From Seison nebaliae (Eukaryota): a stretch of 48,749 nucleotides of DNA. The notes below the pieces were generated by a model. It was not told the origin of the DNA. It saw only the letters and a list, made by a program, of their open reading frames with translations, and did no database searches. The number at the start of each line of letters is the position of its first letter. Position 1 is the stretch's first letter. The stretch spans positions 1 through 48,749 of the forward strand of contig JALJEE010002665.1 of assembly GCA_023231475.1 (NCBI GenBank). The letters are read 5' to 3'. Shown piece by piece: positions 12,901-26,400 of the stretch. A program made the translations under genes and the position numbers.

Positions 12901-13840
12901 ACAAATACGATGGTAGGTATCCAGTCTGATATTGGTAAAAGTAGTATATAAAGTATCTAGCGATATATATGGCGCTTGATATTGTTCCTAATTAATTTGC
13001 GTGTCCTATGGCTGGTGCTTTGTTTTAATCCCATTATGTTTCGTCAAACCTTTTGTATTTCGTTCTTCACAAAGAACTGAACTCTAAATTATCTTCAGGG
13101 AAACAAAGAATTTTTTTTTAAAAACTGATGTTCCAATCTAATTTATAGACTATAACTAGTTGAACGAAATTAGTTCTCTGATGACCGGTTCATGCTTTTC
13201 AACACAATAATTCTTCCTCTACTTTACATCGATCATTGTCATTCTTTCCATCAAATAATTTACTATTATGAGATATCCGTTGATTATGAGGAATAATTAT
13301 TCCTCGACATATTTTTGATACATTCAATAATCGTCCTCCATAACGCGGAATTACAAGCATCAGCTAGCTCAAAGAGTTCAACGAGTTTTTGAACCGAACT
13401 CCATTCATTAATTTGATAATAGTTTATATTATAGACACAAAAATATAGAAATATTTATATCCATTATACAAGTGAGATTGAAAAGAGTAAAATGAAAAAT
13501 GATAATTTCATTCAAGAACTTACAGTCATTAATTTTTTTGAAAGACAATCAGAGAAATGAATTCTTAACATTTGTTTATTTGTTGGAAGGGAAAATGTCT
13601 ATGAATAGATAGTATAAAAAATTTCGATTCTAATTTTTGGTTCTCGTCAAAAGTAAAATAGATTTGTTGAAGTTCTACAGAAAGTTTCCTTATTTATGAA
13701 TTGAAGAAAGTGACAATATAATAGTATTTCTTATAAATAAATTAGTTACCAAGACTTAAATTAATAAAAAAATAAGTTGAAAAAAATTACAAGCAATTCT
13801 GTGCCCGTTTCTTTCCAGATCAATTCCAGTATATTCAAAA

Positions 13841-14944
13841 TCAGAAATTGAGAGTCATTTTTTCATGAACGTCAGTGGCTAATCCGTCGCCAACCGCCTA
13901 AAAAATTATAGATGAATAATTAGATATTTTAAATAAATTATATTAAATAAACATTAAAAAATTCGTCGAAAGATATTTTCCCGTCTTCATCCTTATCGGC
14001 GTAAATGATGGTTTTATCAACAATTTGTTGTAGTTGCGTATCTTTCAAATTACTCCCTACCATCATTTTCAATACCTGTTTGTTTTGTTGTGATTAAGAG
14101 AGATATGGAAGTGGAAAATAACTTGGAATAATTCTCCATTTCCAATATATCCATCTTTGTCGATGTCATAAATTTGGAAAGCGAATCGTAATTTTTGTTC
14201 TTTTTCACCTTTAATGCTGAAGATTGAGATACCTTCTATGAATTCTATAAAGAATTTAGAAAGAAAGAAATTATCACTGAATTTAAGCTAAAGAGAAAAA
14301 CCTTTAAAATCGACTTCTCCATTGCCATCGATATCGAAAATATCGATTAATCTCTGAACTAGAGGATTTTGTTGGAGTTCGGGAATATTAGTAAATTCTT
14401 CAGTGGACAATGCACCACTACGATCGATGTCGAGTTTCCTAAATCGTTTACCTAATTTCCTGACTTCTTCAGGATCGACTAGAAATCGAATGATTTTATT
14501 GAAGAAATGAGTGAGAAAACTAACACTTGTTGATAAGCTCAATGGGTAAGGAGGAGGTAATTCCCTGGAAAAGAAGAAGAAGTAGAAATAGATGATTGTG
14601 AGAAAGTAGATTAGATTACAAGTGGATATAAGTTGAAGAAAAGAAATTTTAGTTCGCCTCTAGAGAAATATGAGATGGGACGTATAATCTGATTTTCTAG
14701 ATAAAATTCATTAAACATTCTACTTCTTCGACGATTCATAGACTCGTTATTCTCCTTATAAGAAGAAGAAGAAGAAGAAGAAGGTAGAAGAATGGGAGAG
14801 TGAAGTGCAAATAATTTATATTTCTTCTCATTTATCATTCATTTTAATCAATCTATTAAATATGTAACGTTTCCCCCCCGCTCATACAATCCATCATTAT
14901 CAGGATGAGAAGAATAATAAGTAATAATTTCAAAAAAGAACCAT
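13841..14944 (-). CDS. PPP3R1: Calcineurin subunit B (4 EF-hands). Exons: 14944-14942 (ATG only, inferred), 14564-14525, 14478-14302, 14244-14123, 14075-13953, 13897-13841
   Basis: Spliced product [31 protein letters not shown]...[32 protein letters not shown]...[47 protein letters not shown]...VHEKMTLNF. The position of exon 1 is inferred from ATG|GTT. Confidence 0.95.
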
Positions 14945-16846
14945 TGAGATACGAATAAATGTTCAATAAAATTTCTTTTCCTTTGTTTGTAAGTGCAATG
15001 TAAATAGTTACAACTATTCCGTCCACCAACCAATAAAACTGTTGTTCTTTCCTACTGATATTTCGGTATGTGTGTTTATGCGTGTGACGACGATCAGCAA
15101 AGACGAGTTCTACACAAATCTGTTTATGTTCCGTGCACAACTCTTATAGATTATCCTCCAATCCATCGTACGACAGTTTATCATATTATTCCATCATTTT
15201 CCTTATTTACAATAATAGCTTACTTCCATTCCAATTTTCTCTTATTTTCCTTTTAATTTTTCATGTTCTTTATCATCCTCACTTCCTATTTAATTCTAAT
15301 ACTCCTCCTAATTTCATTAATGGAATCTATTGAAACATTTCTAATTTTCCAAATGATATTTCCTGATTAATAAATTAACTTTTTTTTCCTTACAAAATAT
15401 CGGCTGTCATCAATTCAACAATTCTTCACGAACACTTTCAAAAATACAGAAAAAACTTCATTCTAACTCTGTACCGAACTGGAATTTTACATAATATGTT
15501 CATTTTCCAGTTTTAAATTGAACATAATTTGAAGGTTTTCTCAAAGAAAATTCTTGAGAATGAATTTATTAAAAAAATATACTTGAAAATTCCACATATA
15601 AAACTATAAAATAAACTTCAAATTTATTTCTGTTTTATAAATTACTGGTTACTTGCCACAGTTTTCAAATACAATTAACGTGGCGGCATCTCTGAAAAAG
15701 TTTGGTGAAAAACAAATATTAAAATAATCCTAAAAAAATAAATGTATACTCTTAATCCATTAATAATATGATTGATAAGATTATTCGTTTCAAGTCCAAA
15801 ACTGGATATATTAGTTACCAGATTGAGAGAATGACCATTAATTATATTTCAGTTACATAAATCTCCTCAAACTACATTTCATATAGAAGAAACATGATTT
15901 ATACATTGAACAATCTCATATCTTTCATAAAACCAAGTTCAGTAGAATACATGAATAAATAGAGGGAAGAAGTTGAGAGAAGAGTTTGGGTATTCTCAAG
16001 AAAGATTTTAACAAGATCATATCATGAGAATGATGTTGAGCGGAAGTTTTTAACTGCTTCTTCAAAAATCATATTTAAAGTTGATTTTTGATTGAAGTCG
16101 ATTAACATAAAGAAACTTCACGTAATCTTGTGATATGTTCCATTGTATTTTATTATCATCTGTTTCCCTTCTATTCATTCATTCTTGAACGATACTCCAA
16201 ACAACAGTTTTTGCCTTTCAGCCAAACGAAACACTTATTTGTTTGAAAGAATTGTATGTGATTAATTTGAAGTTCTTGTTTGGTGAATGGAAGGCGAGTA
16301 CAAATATTATTTGCATCATATGTCGAGAAGTCACGTTCAAGTTTGTTTTCGATAATATTTGTTCACCCCCAACTTGTAGTGACTGAAAGGTAAAAAAAAA
16401 GAATAATTTTTTTCTTATCACTAAACACTTTCCTGTTATACCAATTGACAAATGAAGAAATTTAATATTTTTCTTAATTGTCCATTAAATTGTTGTTAGA
16501 GGCGAAAAGGAATTGAAAAAAGAAAAAGTTGAAAATCCAACGGATATAACTACCTCAACATAATATTGATTCAATTTCCATAGTTACACTTTTAACACCA
16601 TCAGTCTCATATTAGTTTTTATTACATGATCCGTCAATACATTTCTTTCCAAATGGGAGAACGTATTGCATCAAATAAAAAAAATAATAAACTAGAAAAT
16701 CTATCCTTCACAATCTTTTTCTTTACCTTCTACTCTCCATCCATCAGATTCATCAATCTTGAAAAAGCGAAGGAAAAAAATTAGATTAGACCGACAAAAA
16801 ACTGAAACGAAAATTTAGTATCGAAAAAAAAAAGTTTTTTCCCCAA

Positions 16847-18326
16847 ATGCCATCGAAAGGAAAGAAAGCTCCACCGAAAAGTAAAGAACCGAAAATTGAT
16901 GATTTGACGAAATTGAAAAACGAGAAAAATGTTAAATTATTTTAATGACTTAAAATGATCGAAATTGAATTTGAAGGAATTGGAGGAACGTTTGGGAAAA
17001 CTCAATCTTTCGATTTTGAGAAATAAGAAATTTCTTAAGAAGGAAAGTTCCATTGACAAATTGAAATGTGACGATTTGACGATAGAGGAAGCGTTTCTTG
17101 TTGACGAGAAATCCATCAATGGTTTCTGAATTTCTAATTATTAAAAATTTGATTTTGTTGAGATTAGCCATTTTTGCTGCTATGGAATTGCAGGCGACAA
17201 AAAATGAAGAAAGTGGAAAAACAATTTTGGAGAAACGAATAATTAATGTAACTGACGAATGTCGTCGATTAGACGCCTCACTCACCATCAGTCAATCAAG
17301 AAATAATACTTTGACGAAAGAATTGAGATATCTTAAAATCGAAAAACAAATTTGGGAGAGAAATGCGAGACAACTCAATAGTTTGATTGTTGCTGAAATG
17401 ATAACAATTCGAAATAAAATTATACCACAAAATTGTCAAATGAAACCGATAACAGAAATGATAGGAGACGAAATAATTGAAGAAGAAAAAAATAAAAAGA
17501 AAGAAAAATGTTCGGTCATTCCTAATTTCATTACAAAACATTATGGAGATCTGACAACTCTACCACAAATTGATAAACTTAAAGAAACTAATTTGAATGC
17601 AGAAGAGAAAGAACTTTTCAAAAAATTTCAACGAATTAAAATTCTATTCAAATCAATTTCAAATAAATCTACAGATGAATTCAATAAATTATCAACGTTT
17701 TTATTCTAATCTATTTCCTCAAACTTTAATTTTAGTTCCAGTTCTGAAAGTTCAACGAAAACTCCAAATTCACTGACAACTAATAACGGAAGTAATACAA
17801 CAATAACTGGATTATCTATCTCTCCAAAAACACAAACGAAAAAAGGGAAATTATACAAAATCGATTCGATCTATTCAGATATATGGAAAAAAGAACTAGA
17901 AAAGTTAGGAAGGATTTTGTAAAAGTTTTTGCTCTAAATTTATTTTTATGAAATTTTCAAACTTATTTTTTAACTTAATTTTCTTATTTCCTTTATAATA
18001 TATTTATAATTATATAATAATGGTTCAATTATCATTAAAATTATTATTTCTAATTTTTTGATCGATGAAAAATTATTATATGTCTATTCTCTTCTTTTAG
18101 TTTTTATTCGCCACAATGGAGTTTAGAACGTCCATTGATCGTCTCGAAGAATTCTTCTATACAATCCACAATTACCGGAACAACGTCGACGACAAATCCG
18201 ACGATAAAACGAGGAATAATGAAACGACCACAAATCGTAGATAATTCGAAAGTTTTCCTCACTGATTTAAATGAGAATTGTCATTTGTTGCCCAATCGAT
18301 ATCGACGTCGATTGGAAATAAATTAA
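16847..18326 (+). CDS. Uncharacterised coiled-coil protein. Exons: 16847-16930, 16977-17121, 17168-17696, 17736-17903, 18101-18326
   Basis: Starts MPSKGKKAPPKSKEPK. Four GT-AG introns join the ORF-track pieces 17098-17709 and 18135-18326 in frame. The middle is heptad-like. Confidence 0.7.
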
Positions 18327-18416
18327 AAATGAAAAAATTTATTCAAATCTTTTTTATTATTCGAAGGAAATACGTATCGATATGTTTAATAATAATAATC
18401 ATCTATTAGAATAAAG

Positions 18417-19106
18417 TTAGAACTTCATTTTGTGAGGCATCATCTTATTCTTGATTGAAAATTTGGTGGCGAGATATGCTCGTTCATCCGAACCGATTAA
18501 TTTTAAAATTTGACTATCGATATCTTTTTGTAATTCTTTTCGTTTGTCACTTACTTCATATTTCTTCTGTTCTTTCACATCGAATACATCTCCTTTACGT
18601 TGGAGATTCTCTTTCTTTGATCGATCGAAAAATGAGTCAGTCATTTCTTCTGATAATTTCAATTTTGATACATCGATCTTTAAACTACTTGCAATCACAT
18701 ATTTTTGACTGATACGTCTCAATGGACATCCATTGACAACGAATGGTCCAGTTGTTAATAAAAGACCAGTTGATTCCATTTGTTTAAGAAGAACGACACG
18801 TTTTCCTTTATAAGGACCAGCTAATAGAATTAAAACGGTCCCTGGTGTCAACGATTTCCTCAATCTCACAATTTTCTCAATTCGCTTTCCTTTAGGATTC
18901 TTGTTAATTGTTCGCTCATTTCTATATGCACGAACTGGTAATCTGTCGTACACATCTTTTTCCATCTTCTTTCCTTTTCTTTCCAATTCTAATTTCTTCA
19001 TTTTTGGCGCCATCAATGCCAATTCTTTGTCGACCAATTCATTGAAATATTTTTGTCGTTGGGCGACGGGCCGTTTCTGGGAAAATGTGCTTTTACCTTT
19101 AACCAT
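18417..19106 (-). CDS. RPL6: 60S ribosomal protein L6 (eL6); coding region intronless
   Basis: LRKSLTPGTVLILLAGPYKGKRVVLLKQMESTGLLLTTGPFVVNGCPLRRISQKYVIA and the C-terminal YLATKFSI...PHKMKF. First ATG at 19106. Confidence 0.97.
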   Translation of the reverse strand: MVKGKSTFSQKRPVAQRQKYFNELVDKELALMAPKMKKLELERKGKKMEKDVYDRLPVRAYRNERTINKNPKGKRIEKIVRLRKSLTPGTVLILLAGPYKGKRVVLLKQMESTGLLLTTGPFVVNGCPLRRISQKYVIASSLKIDVSKLKLSEEMTDSFFDRSKKENLQRKGDVFDVKEQKKYEVSDKRKELQKDIDSQILKLIGSDERAYLATKFSIKNKMMPHKMKF

Positions 19107-19678
19107 ATTTTTCAAGTTGAAAGAAAACTACACGAAAATTATCTGACAATTAAAATGAGAAAATTAAAGAGGAATTACGTATATCTTGGTGTATGTTTAA
19201 AAAAAAGGTAGAATTGTTGTTTCTAAATTACACGCGTGAGAAGAAAAGCTTCAAATTTAAACATGAATTAAAATTAAAATTTTCATTTATAACGGGATAA
19301 AATTGAATATAAATCGATGAGAAATTCCTTATATTTCTTACTTCCTCCAAACTATTATAATAAACTTATTTCCACTTAAAATATTATTATATATTTATAT
19401 ACTCAATTTTTCGATAATCTCAAATTTGAAGTTTTTAATTTTGAAAGCACAAGAAAGAAATAAGTAAATTAGAAAGAATAATTAATATAATAGGTCATTC
19501 AACATAGTAAATTAGTTAGATTTCAGTTTTCTACCAGGACAATCAAAATTAGAATTAGAATATATAGTTCAATTTTTTCGTTTCCTTTTTTGTCAATCTT
19601 TTCTCCTCTACTTTGAGGAAACTTACGGAAATTTACTTCGATTGATACCGCCATTAATTTGTTTGATTTGCGAGAAGG

Positions 19679-20363
19679 ATGGGCGACACCGAAGCAGTAC
19701 AGTCCTCAACGTATCTAAATATTCCACAGATTTACGCAGCAGAAAAAGAGATTTATCCAGACGCTTGGGATAACATCATCAATAGTCATGGTACGACACC
19801 GATGGATCGTCGTGCCATAATGATGAGAGGTAGCAGTGGAGAGAATTCTTTTTATAATGCAGCGTCTGTTAAGAAATTAGAATTAGAATTGTTACAAAAT
19901 GAAATATTACATGAACAACAAGTAGATAATGAATTTCGGAAATCTGTTAATTATTTCTTTATTATTTTCTATTGAAATCTTTTTTTAGCTATTAGAAGGT
20001 CGAGATGAAACGGAAGGATCACTTCTATCGACAGGTAGTTATGCATCCATAGCTGTATCGGATGTTCATCCAACTAAAATGTTTATGGCGAAAGCAGCAA
20101 AACTTCAAGTTGAAGTTGAGAGTGGTAGGAAGACAGCGTCTGAAATTTTGATGGAACAACGTCTCAAATCCATTATAACGGCGAAGAGTTTAAGTGCCAA
20201 ATATGGAAGTCATCGAAATGATATAAAGAAATCGGTGATAAAAAAATTGTTTGGACGATGTCTTCCTCAACCGACGAAATTGCCGGAAGAATTTACTTTA
20301 GTTATTCCACAAATCGTTTTCCATCCAGCTGAACCAGTTACGGAACCAGACATATGGAATTAA
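19679..20363 (+). CDS. Uncharacterised 213-aa protein; exons 19679-19945 and 19989-20363
   Basis: A 43-nt GTT..TAG intron (19946-19988) joins two ORF-track ORFs in frame. Confidence 0.7.
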
Positions 20364-20480
20364 TAAATGATGGACGGAATCGTATTTGGAAAAGTCTCCA
20401 AAAAATATTTTTAATAAATAATTAAATTTGAAAATTGTTTCATCCACCGAAAGTTTTTGGAAGATAATAAAATAGGAAAA

Positions 20481-23400
20481 TTACGAGCGATTCTTTCCAA
20501 TTAGTTTCTGATGAATTTCCATCATTTTCTTCGCATCATAACTTCCTGATGGTTGTCCTTCCGTTCTCTCCATCATTTCGATACGTGTCTTTTGCTTCTC
20601 AATAATTTTCTTCATTCGATAAATTGTCAATTCTAATTCTTTCGTCGATCTTCCACTTTTTCCGATCTGAAATTTATTAATAAGAATTTCATTTTTCAAA
20701 ATTTCAAACTTTCCGAACACTACTATTGGAATCAGTAGATATTTCTGATGGTTCCTTCTCATCGAAATGTGGCCGAACATTTCCACTGTTTCTGATAACA
20801 TCTTTGAGATTTTCTAATTTTGGTTGATATAATAGAGATCTCAATTTCTTTTGCAATATTTCGTTCTCATCTTTCGTCGATAATAATTCTTCCTCTAATT
20901 TCTTTATTTTAATATTATATAATTTATCTGAAAATACTTCGATAATAATTAGGAAAGAAAATGATGAAAAACCTTTCTGATTTGGTGATTTACTATTCGG
21001 TGAATTATTTTGTCTCATATGAATAAATTCTTTTTTCACTTTTCTCGCTTGGTTTCTAAATGACGTTAAGGGAGACACTTGTTCATATGGTGCCAATAAT
21101 TCTCGTACACTATTCCTATTCATATCTCCACCTGCCCATTGAGCAGCTGATAATGAGAATGAAACGAAAGTTTTATTTAAAAAATTATTATTAAACTTTG
21201 ACTATTTCCAAAATCTATCGAAGTATTTTGAGATTTATTCAATAATTTCTCTACAGAAATAAATTGATAAGAATTGAAAGTTTGACAAAATGAAACTTGA
21301 TGAAATATTCGATTTAGGTTCAATATTTCTGTTTACTTTTATTGGAACTTTCTTTGATTTTTGATATTTGTTCAATTTCTTCTCATTCGCCAATTCTTTC
21401 TTTAAATTCTCGATTTCATTTTGGAATGCCTCCATTCGTTTTTTCAGTAATTCTTCAATTTTCTTATCGTTCGCAGAGTTTCTTCTAATCACACTAATTT
21501 TCGGTTGTTTTAATAACTTCTCAATCTCATCTCTAGCATCTTTTAACGCATCTGTCACTACCTAAAGTGTTTCCAAAATAAAAATATTTAAAAAGTTTTT
21601 CAATACAAAATTAATTTTTAAAATTTTCAACGAAAAATTTTTTAAAAAATTTTTCTATATAAAATTTCCAATTATATAAGTTTTTCAAAAAATTTTAGAA
21701 AAAATCTTATAAAGCAAATTGAGAAGTGTTGAAATAGAGTTGAAAAAAGAAGACTAACAGAATGTTCTCGTTCCTTATCTAAAATCTTCTTACGATACGC
21801 TTCGCAAATATTTTGGAGTTGATCTTTCAACGATTTATTATTCGTTTTATTCGTTTTATTCAGTTCTAGATCAACTTTCAATTCTTCAAGTCCTTCATCG
21901 AATATCTTCCGATATTTACGAAGTTTCTCTTCCGCGGATTTCATAACATCCTGACATTTTCTATTGACATCATCCATCGCTCTTTGACATTCGTCCTCCG
22001 TCGATATTTTATCTTTCCGCAATTGATGCGCTTGTTCATGAAGAATTTTTATTTCGTTATTCAATTCTGCAATTTGTAAATTCTGTTGATGAGAGAATTC
22101 TTCCAATTCATTAATTCTCTCCAGATCCTTCTCTGTTATCAATTGATTTTGATTGAGTAGTGATCGATCTAACGATAAATGAATTTCATCTTTCAAATTC
22201 TCAATGTATCGATTGTGACTGTCGATGATTTGTTGTTGGAGATTTTTTCGTTCCTTCTCATGTTCCATGACCAGATTTGTCGTATCGATTTTCATTTGTT
22301 CAATCAATTTCTGATAATTGAGAATAGTTTCCTCTTTCGATTTCAATCGTTCTTCAATTCCTTTCACCATCGATGATGCTGCCATTGCCATTGCTGAATT
22401 CTTTGCAAATATGATATCTTCCGTTTCTAATCGATCACTATGACGTTCGATATTTCCGAGGAATATATCTCGGTCATTAGTATTAGGCAAATGTCTCCGA
22501 AGAGTGTTAATTATTTCATCTTTCTTCAACGATTTCATTTCTAATGATTTGTTGACCATTTCCAATTTCTCTAATTTCTCATCAACTTTCTTTTTCTCAT
22601 TCGATATCGCTTGATACAATTTATGTAATCGTCGAATATTCTCTATTGATTGATGTAATTGTTCCGGTAACGTTAACAATTCGTTCGGCATTAAATTCGA
22701 TGCAACTTCGAACTAAAATTAAATTTATTTTTTAAAAATAAAATAGTTTTAAAATTTTCTGGAACTTGTTTAGCTGATAAAATTATATCTTTCTGATAAG
22801 ATTCTAATTGAGATATTTGTCGTTCCAATTCAATTTCTCTTTCTTCCCAAATTAATTGTTTTTCCCAATTTGTCTTTTAATTCGAATTAAATGAAATTAG
22901 AAAAAAATTTGGAAAAACTTTATCAAGCTCCAGTCGCTCGTCTTCAATTCGAGTCAATTTTTCGTCTTGTTGATTGATCAAATTTTCAAGAAATTTCTCT
23001 TTCATTTTCATTTCGTCAAGTCGACGATTTTGTCTCATTTCATTGAAATCTTCTTTCAATTTCTTCTTTTGTAATTCCATCAATTTTTCCGTAACTGATA
23101 ATTTTTTTAAGTTTGTATTTTTTAAAATTTTAAATTAAAATCTGTACGAACTTTTATCATTTTTTACACTTTTCAATAAATCAGCGAGACTTTCTTGTTG
23201 TAATTGTAATTCCTTCTTTTTCAATTCCAACTATATTATCATGAAAATTTATTATCAGAATTCGATTCAAATAGAAATGAACTTGAAATTTATCTTCTTC
23301 AATTTCGATTTGTTTCGTTCGAATCTTCTTCAAAATGCATTTCCTTTCAATCACTTCCTTTATCAATTCTTCTTGTTTATGTTGTGGTAAGACGTTTCCG

Positions 23401-26400
23401 TAACGATTTCTCATATCTCGAATGATGGAATTCAAATACTGTTTCTTTCGACAATATTCGTTACGGATCTGGAAGATGGTCGAGTAGAGATCACTATTCA
23501 TTTTTTCAATTCGATAAATTTGAGTTTCCACAACTGCATTTCGTTTTTGTTTCTTATGTAAGTTCCGAAGAGCTGTCGCTTCACTAATTTGTAACGAGAC
23601 GATTTGTCGACTTAATTTTCCTGAAGAAAATTAAATTTTAAGAAAAAAAATTTGAATAATCATCAAACCAATTTCCGTTTTCTCATCAGTTTTCGATTGG
23701 AGATTCCTCAATTGCCATTTTAGACTAATCATTTCTTTTGCTTCATCTTGATGAATCGCTTTAATTGCTTGTACTTGATCAGTTGCAATATCAGCTATCG
23801 ATCTTAATCTCATCATCTTTGAGGAAAAAACATTTTAGAGAAATCGTTTAATTAAATTGGAAATTAACTTCAGTTCTCATTTTCTCATTCTCCTTCTCGA
23901 ATTCTTTATTTGTTTCGTTTATTTGACGTGCTTCTTCTTTATTCAACGTCATCGAAAGTTCATTAGTCAATTCGACATGTTTCCCTTGCATATCGAAGAA
24001 ATCTTTGGACATTTTATTTATCTTCTTCTCCAATTCGATATTTCTCTCTTCCGTTTCTATCAATAACTTCCGTTGTTCTCCATACATTTTCTGAGCATGG
24101 TCAGCTCGTTGTCTTTCATTCAATTCTTTCATTTCTAATATGATAATTCGTTTCGATTGTGATTGATCATCTAATTTTGATTCATTCAATTCATTCCCAG
24201 TAATTAAATCATCTGAACATAAATCATCAATTTCATCTATAATGAAATAAATGAAGAGAATTAACATTTTCCAAGACGATTCGTCAATTTCTCCACATCC
24301 GTTTTAGTTGTTAATTCATTTGGATTTGTCAAATTCTTATTGAAAATATCTTGTCGCTCCACCTGGGGAATAAGTTTCGAGAAATTTTTCATTCTCATCA
24401 AATTATCTTCATTGATCTCTTTCTCCTTTTCCAATTGTTTCGTCAACATTTCCGTTTGGGATAATAGTCGTTTATTTTCCTCCTAAATTTCGTAGAAATT
24501 TACATTATCATATAATAGAACTTCCATATCAGATTGTTGTCTCTCCACAAAATTTGATTCCATCTCCTTCGTTAACATTTCATTATACTTCAATTGTAAT
24601 TCACTAAATTTCCGATTCATTACTTCCATCTGTGGTTGCGGTACTGAAATCAACAATTGTTTTTGAAGAGTTTTTATCTAAATTTTCGAATTTTCGAAAA
24701 ATGATTCGGTCATTATCCTTAATGATGAATTAACTTGAAATTGAGAAGTATTTCGACATTGCTCAAGAAACGTTAATCGTAATTTGATAGCACTGTCACC
24801 TTCCACCAATTCATGGCGTAATTTTGATTTTTCCTGAAATTTTATCGAAATAATTTTTTTTCAAATTTCAACTATAAACTTTCAATAATTCTTGTTCGAT
24901 CTCTTCCAGTGCCGTACATCTCCGTTTCAGACTTTTCTCGTTGAATCTGAATAAAATTAAATTTTTCGTTTTCTCACTCAATTCTTTCTTCATGTCATCT
25001 GTCGATGATGATGATTCGATTGTTGATTGAAATTTCTAGAAATTTTTATGAGAATGTGAAAAAATTTTAAATTTCCAACTTCTAATTCTTCGATTTTAAT
25101 TTCCTTCAATTCATTATCATTTTCCAAATCAGCAACTTTTTTGGAATCTCGTTCGGAATTCTTCTTAAGTTCTTTCTTGAATTCCTTTAATGGAAATCAT
25201 AAGAGAATTTTTATTGACAACGAAAAATTGTAACTGTAAAGTCTTTGTACAATACTCCCAATTGATTTTTCATTATTTGATATTTGTCTTTATAATTCAA
25301 ATAATTTATTTGTAATTCCTTACTCGATTTCTGAGAGACACTCAATTCCTGAAAGAAATTGATGAATAGATCGATGAATTTTATTTATTGTCTAACATGT
25401 AAAGTTTGCACTAGATATCTGTTCAATTCTTCGATAATCGTTCGACTACTAGTGGCAATTTTCAAATTATTCTGATCATCTTTAACGAATTTCATTCTTT
25501 GATCAATTATTTTCGTTGTCCATCGTTTCTCGTTCCCATTCACATCTCTCACTTGATGCTGAAGAGATTTTATAATTTTTTACCTTTCAAATTTAAACTT
25601 TTCTTAATTGCGATATTGTTTCCATAAGATCCGTTTTCACTTTAGATAATTCACATTTCAATTCGATACAAAGATTCTTCAGCGCTTTACTATCTCCTGA
25701 ATTGGAACTGAAATTTTGGTTATTCGTTTTCAATAGTTCCAATTCACTCTTCGACATCTGATGAAATATATTAAATAAATAAAGAAAATAATTAACTATT
25801 ATTGTATCTTCTTTATCAATTGAATCCTTTATTGATAATAATTTTTCTTTGAACTTCTTCAAAATATCTTCGTTAGATGGAGCGAATGAATATCTGGAAA
25901 AACAAATGTTATAATTTTTTAAAGTTTAAATAAGTTTGATGATTTTAAACCCTTCGTTTCTAGTTCGTAAATCATCGGTCAATTGTTCCAAAAGAACCAC
26001 ATCATCAGCTGTCAAATTTAAGGTGGATGCATAACTTCCAATTTGTTTCGTCATATTTCTCAATTGTTTCTTTAATCGAATTCGTTCACCTTCCAAATCT
26101 TCAACCTCTTTTCCGAGAATGAGCAACATAGCTCGATCTTCTTCTTTTTTGGCGAGACGTTTCGCTTGTACACTACTCAAATCGACATGTTCTCGTTCTG
26201 GTAAATTTAATCGATTACGGAATTCTTCATTTTCATCAGTGATACGATTGAATTCCAAATCCAATTTATTCACTTCTTTTACTAATTTCTCGATAGTTTG
26301 ATCACGGAAGTAAACAGTTTTCTTTACCGTTCGGATCTCTTCAACTGCATCAGCTAACTGATAATCTCCTGATTCATATTCTCTCATTCGTTGTTCCAGT

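Noticed and set aside
15905..16050. IKPSSVE...ER resembling the hAT transposase dimerisation motif
   Set aside because: The match is too short and interrupted, with no other transposase motifs or terminal inverted repeats.
24947..24977. Apparent GTGAG...TTCAG intron in CEP290
   Set aside because: The unspliced frame is open and matches the conserved MKK.L.E....I......NEKSL block, so it is exonic.
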